This document shows positions 23,933 to 38,900 of a DNA stretch of 64,000 bases, piece after piece. Source of the stretch: Scyliorhinus canicula (Eukaryota). The DNA lies in assembly GCF_902713615.1 (NCBI RefSeq), contig NC_052146.1, positions 173,840,840 to 173,904,839 of the forward strand, read 5' to 3'. The translations under genes were made by a program, and so were the position numbers. Each line of letters starts with the position of its first letter. Positions within the stretch are counted from its first letter, which is position 1. The notes under the pieces are model-generated. The model had not been told where the DNA came from. It saw only the letters and a program-made list of their open reading frames with translations, and did no database searches.

Positions 23933-26900
23933 CTACAATATAAATCAGGAGAAGTCAAGGAAATCAGCAGGAAGAGGAGAAAACCTTTCTCTCTACTTTA
24001 GAGATATCGGCTGCTGGTAAATATTAACAGCACGAGTTTCTCGAGATCTTGAACATAGTTTCAGGTGACAATTAGGCACCACATGCAAAGCCTTTCTACT
24101 GGCTAAGTGTCAGCATCTCAATAAAGTAACCAGAGAGAATTACCTTGCATCTAATATTTTGTAGTGACCTTGTATCAGGCCTCCACGTGAGAGAATATCT
24201 GGGCAACAGCAATCATAAAGTTCAATTGGCTGTGAGAATTAATGGCACTGAAAAGAAGAGGTTAGTTTGATAACCTGATTGGATGGCGATGATAGGACAT
24301 AGACATAGAACAGTACAGCACAGAACAGGCCCTTCGGCCCTCGATGTTGTGCCGAGCAATGATCACCCTACTCAAACCCACGTATCTACCCTATACCCGT
24401 AACCCAACAACCCCCCCCCCCCCCCTTAACCTTACTTTTTAGGACACTACGGGCAATTTAGCATGGCCAATCCACCTAACCCGCACATCTTTGGACTGTG
24501 GGAGGAAACCGGAGCACCCGGAGGAAACCCACGCACACACGGGGAGGACGTGCAGACTCCACACAGACAGTGACCCAGCCGGTAATCGAACCTGGGACCC
24601 TGGAGCTGTGAAGCATTTATGCTAACCACCATGCTACCGTGCTGCCCCACGGTACTGATACTGACAGAATACGATCGGAAAGCTTTTAAAGAATAAGATC
24701 TTAAATGTGGATGTACTGAAAGTCAAAAGGTACAGTAACTTTCCATTTCAAGTAGCTCCATTTTAAGCAATTTCTTTTTAACATTGATCAGTAAATAATG
24801 CCCATCTTTGCACTTAACACTTAGTTTAATTTTAAAGTTAATTTGAGCCAGGTCTGACATTGGGCCACGTGATCCAATTGTATCATTTTGGAGTGGTCTC
24901 TGCCACTCTACAACCCTCTCTCTCACCACCAACCCTCTAGTTCACAGTCTCTGCTGCTCCCTGACCCTCCCTCCAATTTGCAGCTTACCTCCTGCAAGTC
25001 AAAGCTGCTATTCCAACCTCTTGGCACTCTTCTCCAGGGCCCGCATTCACAATGAGGGTTCAGAAGAGGGAAGCATGAGCAAGAGAGGTGGGGAACAGGA
25101 GGTTCAGCAAGAGGAAGAGTCTACAGAAACTGAGGGGGTCAGGGGACCGCAGAAGCTGCAGACTCGATGTTCCCCAGTGATAGGGTGAGTCAGGAAGCAG
25201 CAGAAACTGAGAACCAGAGGATTAGCAACTAGAGGGAAGGTCAGGAAGTGACAGAGCTGCAAGACGGAGGGTCGATGAGAAAAGGGTTCACAACGATCAA
25301 TAGGGTCAGGGAGGTTCAACATTAGGATCAGTGAGGTGCAGGAAAGGCAGCATATTTCTTAGAGATTTTTAAATGTATTTTGTTTTTAAACTCAAGTCAT
25401 TTACCAATATAGGAATTTAGCAATGTAAAAGAGTTCAACTTATCAGGTATAATGTTTTCATGCTTTCTGATGAGAAAGATCTGCAGAACCTAACTACATC
25501 TTTTACATTGGTTTTAATGAGAAAATCTGATTTGGTTAAAGTCATTCCACTTTAGGTTGCACTTTCCAGGAATTATAATTTGAAGTGAGGATTTTACTGT
25601 AGTACGGAATGAAAGAAAATAGAGTGCATCTTGTAGTGATACACACTGCTGCCACGGGGTGCTGGCAGTGGATGGATGCTGATCAAGTCAACCCGCGAGT
25701 GTTGTTGGACTTGCATTGATCCAGCTAAGTGGAGAGTATTTCATCACAGGCTTTGGGAGTCAGGAGGTGAGTTAACGCATCAGAATACTCAACCCCTGAC
25801 CTGTACAGGCACAGTATTTGTTGGGCTAGTCCAATTAAGTCAATGGTGATCGCCAAGCTGTTGATACTGGGGGATTCAGTGATGGTAAGGCCATTGAATG
25901 TCAAGGAAATATAGTTACTGTTCTCTCTCTTATTGGAGATGGTTACTGCCTGGCACTTTAGTGGCATGACGGTTACTTGCCATTTATCAGTCTAAGTCTG
26001 AATGTTGTCGAGATATAGATGCCTGTGGGCACAGATTGTTTCAGTATCTGCAGTTTCAAACTTACAGAACACTGTGCAATCATCAGCAAACATCCCCATT
26101 TCTAACTTTATGATGGCAGGAAGGTCATTGGCAAAGCCGCTTAAGATGTTTGGGCTGGGAACACTGTCATAAAGAACTCTTGCAGTGATATACTGAAGCT
26201 GAGGCAGTTGGTCTCAATAACCACAACTACCTACCTCTGTGCTAGCTATGACTCCAACCACTGGAGAGTTTCCCCCTTAGTTGCATGGATTTCAGTTTTG
26301 CTGGGGCTCCTTAATGCCACAGCCAATCAAATGCTGCATTGATGGCAAGGGTAGACACTCTTGCCTCACTTCTGAAATTCAGCTTTTTTGCCCACGTCTG
26401 GACCAGAGCTGTAATGAGGCATGAAGCCAAGTGGCCCTGATAAAACCCAAACTGAGCATCAATGAAAAGGTTATTACTGAGTAATATTGATAGCACTATT
26501 CATGACATCTTGCATAATTTTGGCAACAATTAGGATAGACTGATGGGGCAAAAATGGCCAGATTGGATTCGTCCTGCTTTTTGTGGAGATAACAAGGACA
26601 TAACAAGGATATTGTCAGGGCCCATAGAATTTGCGGTATCCAGTGCCATCAGTGTTTCTTCATAGCACATGGAGTAAATTGAATTAACCGAATACTGGCA
26701 ACTGTAAAATTAAAATCTTCAAGAGGAGGCCAAATAAAGTCATGTTTCACAAATGAATAATCTTTGACAATGTCACCAAGTTGATGGGCGAAGGAAGCCC
26801 AGTCTTCCAAAATGCTTCCACCCGAGGCTCCTCTACAAAACTGAAGCCCCAAGGATTTGTGGTGATATGTTGAAGATTAACGAGTCAAGAATTATATAGG

Positions 26901-29900
26901 CACAAGTAGTTATAGATGGATGTGGATTTATTTGGGAGTCTAGTAACAGCAAGTACTGGTGTTGGGACCATAGCTTTTTACCATTTTTATTAATGATCTA
27001 GATATTGGTGCTGGAGGTGCTGGACACTCAGAACATTTACAGATGGTAAGAACATCTGTGAAAGTGTTAGTTCTGTAGACAATGTTCTACAGCTTCAGGT
27101 GGATCTTTACATGTTAGGGGATTGAGCTTCTGACTGAAAAAATGATTTTCATTTGGAAGAGGACAGTGTTGTGTATGAGAACGAGGTGTCTAACATATCG
27201 ACTCCAGGAAAAGCATTAAAGAAGGTGGAGGAAGAAAGAGAACTGAGCATTTTAATGCAAACATTTCTAAGCATTGATGTTAAATGATGTCTGGAGCACA
27301 GATAATGATGCCAATAAAAAGAAAAGCATGAACTGAGAAAGAGGTGCATCTACAGAAGACAATACATACAATTCTGTCGTTAACTCTGTTTCGCTCCACA
27401 GATGCTGCCATAACCAGAACAGATGCGGAGTAATTCCAGCAATTTCTGTTTTCATTTCAGGATTCCAGCATCTGCTTTTCGAATCCTATTTTGTCATTGG
27501 ACAAGACCATGGTCAGGCTTCAGTGGGAATTCTGCGCCTAGTTTTGGCCTCCTCACAAAGTAGATAATATTGAGATTTTAGGAAGGGAAAGAGGAAGCAA
27601 CTAGACTAGCTTAATGCATCTTAGTTATCAAGATAGACTGAAAGAGCTGGGATGTGACAGCTTAAAGAAGCATAGACCTGGTGATGATCCGATCATGATT
27701 TAGATGATGTTGAAGGCACAGACTGTGTTCGAACTGACAGTTCACTCAGGCAGCAAAGGAATGACCCAGATTTTCCCCGCCACTCCAAAGTTGATGTGGG
27801 TGTTAAAATCAGATATTTTGCCTCCCCCCAGATATCATCTGATTTTTGGGTGGCGTTAGGAACATAAACAATGAAATCACTATTACAGGGATCATTCTGG
27901 AAGGGTCTTTCCTACCCAACATTGTTTGTATGTTTGTAAATATATCTGGGGTATTAGGCATAAGAGTCAGGAACCTGTCAGCTATTATCCCTGTTTAGCT
28001 ACTCTCAGGTAGTGAGGTGCGGGGTTGTGTGGGGTGGATTGGAAAGGTATTTCAATTGTCCCCAGTGCCCCTCAGCTAGAAGGTGGAAGCTTATAAATGC
28101 CCATTTCTGACTGCTTTCCTGTTTGGAAAATTAAACACATGTCAAATTGTGAATGGGGAGATCAAATCGGGATCAGGCTTGGCCCTGATGCCCCAAAGGC
28201 GTTAAGTGGCTCAATGCCCCCTCCATCCCAGTCTCACACATTCAGAATGCCCATTTTATGATACCAGAAGGCACATGTATCTGAAACTGAACATAATCCA
28301 GGACCTTGAACAAGAACTTGCATTTATGTTGCAACTTTAATGTAGTAAAGTATCCCAAGATGCTTTACAGAAGGGTAATCTCAAAAAATGGCAATGAGCC
28401 AAGGAACAAGCTATCAGGACATGTGGATAAAAGCTTGGATGAAGAGATAGGTTTTGAGGAACATTTTCAAAGTGGAGAAAAGGAAGCAAATGGGGGAGGG
28501 GAAGATGGGGTAAAATCTAAGGGTGAAGGAAGTGGAAAAACAGCCTATCAGGCTGTTATATAACATCAACATCTGGTCCTTTTTAACATTTTCTTTGTTC
28601 GCCCATTTGCCCTTGAATTGAGTGGCTTTCTCAGCCATTTCAGAGGGCATTTCAGAGGGCATTTAAGAGTCAACCACATTGCTGTACATCTGGAGTCCAG
28701 TCCAGACCAGACAAGGGCAGCAGATATCCTTCCCTAAACCAGATGGGCTTTTAATACAATTGGTAATAGTTTCATGGACATCATTACAGTTTTTTATTAA
28801 ATTCACATTTCAACATCTGCCGTGGTGGGATTCGAACCCGGGTCCCCAGAGTATTGCCCTGATCTCTGGAATACTAGTACAGTAAAAATATTACCACGCC
28901 ATAATCATAACACTCTCGCACAAATTTCAAAGGCGGTCACGACAAAAGGTATTACAGGAGGGGCACCTACCAGCAACCAGCAGTATGGGGGCTTTGTCTG
29001 GGTGTAGTTCCATTTGACGTGCAATCCACGGTCCATCAAAATGGGCATACCACCAGCCTTTTTTCTTGTTCTGGGGATCCTTGTACTGGTCAGCTGGGCG
29101 AATAAATGGGATGCGGAAATAACGTTGTGCTCGATTCTGAGCAATCTCCTGCTGTCTTGCTTGTAATTGGGGGGGATTCTGCTGAGCTATTGCAAATCAA
29201 TAAAAAAATATTAATGAACATATGGATTGGGCTTGAGTTTCCCAATTAAACTGGCAGCTGTAACCAAGTGACCAAAATCTTCCAATAATGTAGTCTTCAG
29301 ACTTCTCAGCCCTGTCAAACAATACCAATGGGATGGTTTCCAAAAGCTATGTTGAACAACATATGTTTTACAGCAATGGCGTAGAGAAATGGTCCCAACT
29401 CACTCTATAGGAGCTATAATCAGAAAAAGAGTGGACCAAAAGTTGGTTAGAAAACTGATCATTTTCTATATGAAAAGTTAACACAAGAAAAAGGATGGCA
29501 TTTTCCTAGGCTTTTCATGATTTTAGGATGCCGCTAAAGTCAAGTTTTCCAGTCAATTAGGCTTTTTCAAAGTGTAGTCACTACTATGGTACACCTGACA
29601 AACACCAATGTGACAATAACCAGATTTTCTTTCTCTTTTAAAGTGACATTTATTGAGCGGTAAATGTAGGCCAGGGCAGTGGGGAGAACTTCCCCGTTAC
29701 AGATCCAATGTAGGAACACTGAGGGGATGTAGGGAAGCAAGCAGAGTGGGAAGTCCAAAAACAAGGACAGTAACAAGTCTGGAAGATATACAAACCAGGT
29801 GATCAAAAGACCACATGTGCAAACATAACAGGCGTACTGATAAATCCAGATCTCTCACCTCTATCTTGGTTAGTTCTGTTACTCTTGTTCTTACCATAGT

Positions 29901-32900
29901 CAGTGACTGATTTTGGAGCCCGTTGGTCTGCTTCAGCATTGCGCTTTTTGTTCCTGGATTTCCAGGCATGGTAAACCTTCAGTCGCCGATGGAACTCCTC
30001 CCTGCAGGCTGCCAACAGTTCAATATCTGCAGTAACACAACACAATTGAGCACAGTCAGATTCTTCAAAGAAGGGCTCACGATATAATCCTTCTTTCATC
30101 ATTGAAACTCGATCAGGAAGATTTTCCTTGTTGGTCATTTCTAGAAAGTGTAATAATTAAAGTAATCTTTTCCCAAAAGTGAGGAGACTCCTGGTTCGCG
30201 CCTCGCCTAATTACATAGAAACATTAATAAAATGTCAGATTACCACTCATCCTGTCTTGAAGGAATATCTCAGCTGAAATCCACCGTATGCTTACTGATA
30301 ATCATATTCATACACTTTCCACAGAGTGCATCAGGTGCATTTTTCTGTTCTCTCATGGGATGCAAGCATCGCTGGCAAGGCCAGCATTTGTTGCCCATTT
30401 CCAATTGCCCGTGAACTGTGGCCTGCATGGCCATTGCAGAGGACAGTTAAGAGTCAAACGCACTGCTGTGGATCTGGAGTCATTTGAAGGCCAGACCAGG
30501 CAGATTCCCACTCTGAACCAGGTGGGCTTTTACAACAATTGATGACAGCTGCCATGGTTACCATTATGGAGATATATCCCAGATTTATTCAGCCACTGTA
30601 GTGGGATCTGAAACCATGCCTACATGAGCATTAGCCCGGGCCTCTATATTACTAGTCAAGTGACATTACCATTGAGCCACCATCCTCCCTATTTATGTTC
30701 ACAAAATTTACAGTACAGACGGAGGCCATTCAGCCTGCACCAGCCCTTGGAAAGAGCTACCCACTTAAGCCCAGGCATCCATCCTATCTCCGCAACCCAG
30801 TAGCCCGACCTAACTAAGGGGCAATTTTAGCATGAGCAATCACCTAACCTGTACATCTTTGGACCGTGGGAGGAAACCCACGCAGACACGGGGAGGAAGT
30901 GTAAACTCCACACAGTCACCCGATGCCGGAATTGAACCCGAGACCCTGAAGCTGTGAGGCAGCAGTGATAACCACTGTGCCACCTTGCGGCCACTCTATA
31001 TACCAGAGAGCTGATGCTAATTATAACAGCCTTAAAGTAGAAAAACATTCAAGATATTTCCTAGCAATGTAATGAGACAAAAACATATCCAGACAAAAAC
31101 AAGGGATGCATAAAAATTTGATCAAAGAAATTGGTCTAAAAGGAGGAAAGGGAGATGGAGAGGTGGAGCAGTTAGGGATGAAATTCCAGCACATAAGACC
31201 TAAAGAGCTAAAGGCACAACTGCTAATAATGGGGGTGAAACGAGTTATGTGGGATGCACAAGTGGTCAGATGTGCAGAGTTTGAAGGTGGGCCACTTACA
31301 GAGATGGACAATGAAGAGAATGAAATACATTAAGGATTTTAACACAAAAGCTGGAAATATTCATCAGGCCCGGCAGCATGTGGAGAGAGATGATGCCAGA
31401 CCGGATTAATATTTCCAGTTCTTTTGGTCAAGAATTCTAAATTTGAGACATTGGGGAACTGGGAAACCCCACAGGCCAGTGAGAGGGGGGTGGGTGAGTG
31501 GGGCTTGGTGCGATATACACAGAAGGTTGGGAATAAGATACTGGCTTGAAGAACACAGGAATAGTTGAGTTAAGAGAATAAAACACAGGTGAGGGCTTCA
31601 GCCTAAGATAAAATGCAGTAGTGGTTGGAGTGAGTGATGTTACGGAGGTGGAAGCATGTGGTTCATATAATGGAGAGGGAGGCGCAGATGTTGAGATTGC
31701 GAACAATCTGGTTTAGCCTGAGAAAACAGTGTAGCGGAGAATGGAATCAGCAGCGACAGTGCCGAGAGAGGAGCCTGGCCAAAAATGATGGCCTCAGTTC
31801 TCTACAATGTTTTAACCCAAGGAAATTGAATTTGCATGCTGGAAAAGCAATCTGATAGTACAAAAGCAGTGGAGGTGGTAAAGAAAGTGGGTGGAACAGG
31901 CTGTCAATGAAATTAATCCCATATCCATAAAAGTTGCCACAAAGGGGCAATGTAAATGGGGAAGAGGAATGAGGGTCAAAAGACATCCTTGGAGGACCTG
32001 AAGACAATGGGGAAGGTATGGCTATGATATGGATAGTTGACAGTGAAACCAAACATAGGCTAGTCCCACCTAGCCAGAAAATGGAGGTCAGTAGTGGCTG
32101 ACCTAGGCAGAAAGGATGAAAATAAGGATGGAAAATTATCCCCCTCAGTCGCAGTCACAGGTGCCATTCATGATGTTTATTAGGACCACATAAATCCTGT
32201 CGCAATGATCAAAACATGATTGGTGAAGTTGAAACAAAATTCTGGAAAAGGTGGACAAGAGGCATTTTACAGGAATTTGCTAGGAAAAGGAGATTGGAGG
32301 TAGGGTCAGTAGTTTCCAAGGACATAGAGGTAGAGGATTTTTGAGGAGATGGGTTGATGACAATGGTTTTGAAAGCAAGCAAGAGTACCAGAAAGAGGGT
32401 TGGGAGGTCAGCATTTTAGTAGAATACATTTAAGCGAATGGATGGTGTGTCTCATGGACAAAATGAGCTTTGTGAGGACTTGAATGTAAATATAGGAAAA
32501 ATTGGAGAAAGACACAAGTTTGGATCTAGAGTGGAGGAAACCATTTGGGATTGATAAAGAAACCAATGAGCTCATCATATTTGGTGTTGGAGGTTTAGAT
32601 TGGTTGGGAGAGGGAAAATGGGGCCCAGGGGAAAGAAGTTTAAAGAGGCGATTGGCAGTAGTGAAAACAAAGCCAACGTTACCTTTGCTCAACTTTACAA
32701 ATTGAGCAGTGTGCCAATTTTGCAGAAGACAATATGGTGTGTCGGATATCCTCAAGGTTTCACCCCTTGTACATGAAGAAGATACAATAGGGGAACATGC
32801 CAGGAGTCCGCCAGGGCAAAACATGGGTACAATTATACCGATTAAGCAGATTGACTGCGATATCCACATTGTGGCAAATGGAGGGAATGTAGAAAGAGCA

Positions 32901-35900
32901 AGTGTACAAAATTTAAAAGAAGAGTTCTTTATTTTGCAGGCATGGAAACAGAAGAACACAAATGAAGAGGGCATTCAGCAGAGCGTATATTCCACCATAC
33001 TGTGTCAACTCAACATTATTACAATTACGCAGCGCTTCCTTGAGGCTTTTTCCTGCCTGGTTGATGCTCTGTAACAATAGAGTTGAAAAAATGAATCTTT
33101 TTATTAAGAGCGTCCACTTCACTGAGGAGGCTTCAAGCCAATCTACATCCAACAACCAGCTCTGTATATACTGTTCACATTTTGACAGCTCTGGCAAATT
33201 CCACCACAGCAACCGAGACAATTGATAGCATAGTAAAGCAGAAAATAACATTCTAAATAAAACAACTGACAATAAAGTTAATTCATCTTATTTCCCGATG
33301 TTAATGGATCCTGCCCTACATTTCCTAATTCCCAATCTATTTTATCTTCACTAATAATGCCTTCACTGGTGGACCAAACAAAATACCAATATTGTGTGGG
33401 GTTGAGATGGCGAACTGTAATCGTTGGAATTAGAGTTGAAATGGAAGCGGATTTGGTGAAGACAAACACTCCGTAATTGCAGAAGAGAGAAGGCAAAGGA
33501 AAGATAGGTGAAAATTGAAGTCACTGAGGGTTACTGCCCAATGTTGCGAACTGCCATTTTTCACTTGTGAATCTGAGAGCATTTCTTTGTGGACAGTAAT
33601 GAAATCTGCAGTTCGCCACAGGAGCATTCTGTCTGCAGCCAGACAGCAATCGTTCACACTGTTTGACTTTTCTTTAGATAAACTCTCCCTCTCTCCAAGA
33701 CTATCTCACCTTTTAAAGTTGGTAATCAGTGCACTCCAGATTTGCTGGCTTCTGCACATGATCATTGCGTTGGCCCTCCAACAGATCGGCCCGTTCCATC
33801 ACACCATTCAACCATTATCTTCTTTTGCCTAACTTTTGATCATTGACCATTAATGGTTTCAGACTGAAACACGAACTGTGACTCCTGAAGAACGATATTA
33901 TTGTACAATTTAGTTGCAATCTAGGGCAGCGTGGTAGCAGAGTGGTTAGCACTGTTGCTTCACCGCACCAGGGACCCGGGTTCGATTCCCGGCTTAGGTC
34001 ACTGTCTGTGCGGAGTCTGCACGTTCTCCCAGTGTCTGTGAGGGTTTTGTCCGGGTGCTGCAGTTCCCTCCCACAAGTCCCGAAAGGTGCGCTCGTTCGG
34101 TGAATTGAACAGTTTGAATTCTCTCCCAGTATACCCAGACAAGCGCCGGAACATGGCAACAAGTGGCTTTTCACAGTAACTTCATTGAAGTGTTAATGTA
34201 AGCCGACTTGTGACACTAATAAAGATTATGTCTCAACCAACCTAAGATCAAGCCATGTTCCAGTTACTATGTGACTAAAAGACAACCATTTCAATATTAA
34301 ATAAACAGAAATATATAATTCTATCTCGAGGCGGAAACTATTCTTCCAAATGAAAAGACTTGAATGGATTTTGAATAGACTTGTGGCATGAATTGAAGCC
34401 AGTAGGATAACTTTATCAGACTGAGTGGCTTCTTACCACAGGAGGTGTTGATGACGTCTCGCAGTTCAGCATATTTCCATTTGCCGAGATCAAATTTCTT
34501 TGCGCCAGCAGCAGCCTTGGTAGCCTGGACTTCAGGGCTTCTGTTGGAAAGAGGAAGGGCAGTGAGACAACTTGGCATTGGAACCAATCTAGCACCACCT
34601 ATTGGCACATAATCCACAGACAATGGGAGAAGACATTAAAACTTAATTTCAAAGGGAGTGGAATATTTATTTGTTCATGTGGCATGGTAAGATGTCATGT
34701 GTTCAGAATTAATTGTAACTGAACCTCCAGAATTGTCTCCAACATTAGAGCTGACAACCTTACTCTCTATTTCCTATGTTTAATAAATCATTAACACCAT
34801 GTATAAAAAGAATGGGTAACTAATTTGTTCATGATACAGCAGATGTAAAATATAGTAATATAGATCTCCATCATCCACAATTACAACATTAGCACCTCAA
34901 GGCATTTGGAATCATGGCCGCCGACAAGGTAACTCAATCCTCCCCGACCTCCCTTCCTGATTGCTTTGTTTGGTATCCCTTGTTTGAACCGAGTAATTAT
35001 GCCTTTTTAAAATTTCCACAGTGGCTTTAATGATCTGACATACAACAATATACTGAAGCCAGTCTATCAAAGGTTACCAGTGCGGGAGACCAATGCATTA
35101 TGCAGAAAACCATTTGATCGATTTGAACTTCATTTTTGTAAAGTACAAAAACCAGTGAGAGAATATCGGCATTTCCATTGATCTGTTTGTACTCTCTGCC
35201 AGATATTGGTGAAATTGTGTCTCCTCCAACAAACCACAACCACACTGCAATCCTTCTCAATGAATCCACCATAAGACACAGTAATGGATATATGAAAGGG
35301 ACCAAAGGTGATCGGAGCCCACTTAAAAAGAGGAATGATAAAAAGAATCTTTGCTGCATAGTCTCACATTTGTAATGGAGATATAATTTGGTCTCTTCAT
35401 TGGCGAGAAAGGCCTGGGTGTACCTTTCACGTTTTAGAACCGTTTCAAAAGCAGTTCCTAAAACAGTAAGCTGTGCTGCGATTGTCCACACAGCAAGATT
35501 TCATGAATGCCCATGAGATGAATGGTCAGTTATTCTTTGGTGCTGCCGGATAAGACATGAATGTTGGAGAGGACAACTCCCCACTCCCTCCCACAGCTCT
35601 CTTTTCAAAGGCTCTAGGATTCATAACAGTCGGCAGAAACAGGGTGGCAGGCTCTGGTTCAATGTCAGATCAATTCAGTGACATTTACTTGCAGTAAATA
35701 GGATTTCTCCATTTTAATGCAAAGCTTTGTTCTACTTTTCAGGACAGTGAACACAAATAAAAGGCAACTAGAGATCTTTTATCAAATTCCAAAATGAATT
35801 TAACTAGGAACCCTGACGGTAAAGAGATTTGTTGCAACACAAATTATCCCATTCTAACCTTATTCTGTTTAAATTCAAGGGATTTACTTAAATTAGCTCC

Positions 35901-38900
35901 TCGGTTCACAACTTTTAGAGTTAAGGTTCAGACCGTCTGAGCAATCTACGGCAATCAAGTGCATTCCCTGGACCATGTCGACAGCTCTGCAGTAACTCAC
36001 TTGACAGATTCACATGATCCATTGCATTATCTTGGTGTTGTTCATTCTCAACAAGATAGCTGGCATACTTCTGAGCCCCATTTTCAAAAGTTCCCATTGT
36101 GCAACATTTGCTCAGACTACGCTGAGAGCAGATTTGGCAATAGTGGAATACCTGCACATGTGCAAGGTTCTCCTAGCCTTATTGTTAGGATGCCAGGTGA
36201 ACTTTGAAAGCTGCCTGCCTTTCCTCAATCTAACCTGGAAGCAACAGATAGGAGGCAAGCATATATTTTCCACAGATAGCCAATACTCTGTATACCCAGG
36301 AAAAATGGAAAGTGAAAGGCCTTCCCATTCTACTAAGTAAAATGAGTGAAGAATCAATCCAATGTTCCTTAAACCCAGAAATACATATTAACCTTTTCCA
36401 AGCACACTTCCTGCTAGTTGAGCTTCTAACATTCAATAAACACACAAAAAGCAAAGTGTGCTGAGTGTCTGAGGGGGGCAGCTCCAACTTTCACTTTACC
36501 ATTAAATGGAATTCTTTGTTAGGAAACTAAATCTTTAGGGTGGCACAGCGGTTAGCACTGCTGCCTATGGCACTGAGTATCCGGGTCCGGGTCACTGTCT
36601 GTGCGGAGGTTGCACACATTCTCCCCGTGTCTGCGTGGGTTTCACCCCCACAATCCAAAGAATGTGCAATAATTGGGTATTGTAAATTTATATTTAAAAA
36701 AAAAAGGAAACTAAATCTTTGATTGAGATTTTCCAATTAATAAAAAACTAAATGCTCTGCCTGAGGTGGTGGTGGAAAGGGTACTGGATATATACTTGAA
36801 ATTGAAATATAATTCCTGTGGAAAAGGAGGAGGGAGTGGGGTTAATTATATAGATCTTTCAAAGAGCTGTCATGTGCACAATAGACATGTATTGTAAGGT
36901 TCTATGAAATCACTGGATCAAACAGCAGCGACTCATGACTCATTCCAGCTCAGTACCTGAAGATGCGACAAGCTCAAAAGAGGTCAGCAGTAACAATGAG
37001 ATCGGAATCAGTAGTGCTTGTATCCATTACAAAGGTATAAGAGTAGTTAGTTGCACAATTTTAAAATTATACCGATAAAGACAAATTCTTTAATGGGATA
37101 ACATCTTGCTTGTCTGTTATGGGAGAGGTGCTTTCAGAACCCCAAAATGTATCATGGAGTTCAACCAATCCCCACCTTTAATGGATTGTTGCTTTTGAAG
37201 CACACGACTTGTTCCCCAGGTGTAGTATTACAATTATGGACACGTGGTTTTAAAAACAAAACAATGTCTATTCCATAAACTCAAATTAACCTTTTAAATA
37301 AACATTGGATCTTGTAACACCCCTTACTTCAAAGATAACCCCGAAAATAATACAACACTACCCAATCCTGAAAACTGCTCCTTTACACACCCAAAAGACT
37401 TAACAAATCCTTCAAACAGAAGCACAATTAGATTTATATTCAATACTGAGACCTTTTTACAATTCCGATTTCACCAAAGGATTAAGAGATAGTCCTTCAT
37501 GGCAGAGATCACCAGCAATGCAGCTCACAGCCTTTCTTCAAAATGAAACTAAAACTCCCAAAAGCAGAAGTGAGCTCAGCACCCCCCCCCCCCCCCCCCC
37601 GGTGACATCACTTCAGTAATATGATCAGTTTTATTTCTTAAAGGTACATTTCTTAAACATCCAATTATTAAAGGCACTCTCAGATGACATGTCTGTGGGA
37701 ACTACAAACTGTGATTCTGTTGTCATAAACTTCAAACTGATCATTCTGTCTCTGAGTAAACTAATAATTCAACTGTTTCTCCAGATTGATGTGCCAGGCA
37801 TGGGTCAGGGACTCAAACTCTTAACCAAGTAATCAACGGTGGGCACAATATTAGTTGGAAACTTAGTTTTATCATTTTCAAAAAATGTCTGGTGATTTGC
37901 AAAATATTGGGGCAAAACAAAATCTTTAAAAGTTAGCCTGGCGTCCATTACTGCCCCTTTAGCCCAACACTCAAGTGTTTCAGTGGTGCATCACTGTATC
38001 CTTTATAAGTAACAATGGACAACAGTATAAAGCTGTAAAACTAAGCAAATGATCAATAAATGTTGCATTTGCACTTTTCGCAAAAAGTCCCAGCTCAGGA
38101 AGAGGTGCAACTCAATTACATATAGTTGGTTAATTAAAATTTAAAAAGCACAAACCTACAAAAAGTGATTCGTAAATTTGTTGTTGATGTTTCAATACAT
38201 ATTTTAGGTAAGCTGTTGATATTTCAATGTACATTTTAAGCAGTAACGTGTTACCTACCTAGCCAGATAATCTGACATTTCTTTGGCCATTTCTTCCCTG
38301 TAACATAACAAATGTGCGCATAAGTAGCTGGAATGATTATTGTGCATCAATACATTTACGGCAAGTAGTACACAAGGTTTGTCGTTAACAGTAGGCAGGA
38401 AGTGAAAAGTGCATTTAGCTCAATGATAACATTTAGCAATACAGAAGATTAAAAAGGGATGATTCAGAGATGGCTCAGAGAAGTCCTGTGTACACATGCT
38501 GTGAAGCAAAAAAATAGGAAACCCAGTATGTTTGCGGAAACGATGATATTTGAAAGCAGCAAGAAAGCTGGCAGCAGAGTTCTCAGTATTTTCGCAGCAT
38601 TTCAACAAGGTGCAGCAGTGGTACAACAAATTACATATATCTTCTGAAGAGCAACAGTTTGCTATGCAACTGACACACAAGTGCCCTTCAATGCTCAGAC
38701 AATTGTCAGCTTTTACATCTTGTGGACTGTCCTTGAATGCTAAAACCTAGCTATAAATTTGGAAGGAATGCAAAAAGGTAATGTGTCATGGGGAACAAAA
38801 GTTAATCTGAACGAGAATCTAACAAGCATGTTTCAATGAATCAAATCAGTGCCATTCTATCTACCACCGCAACAGCCCTTTATATAAAGGGATATCCCGA

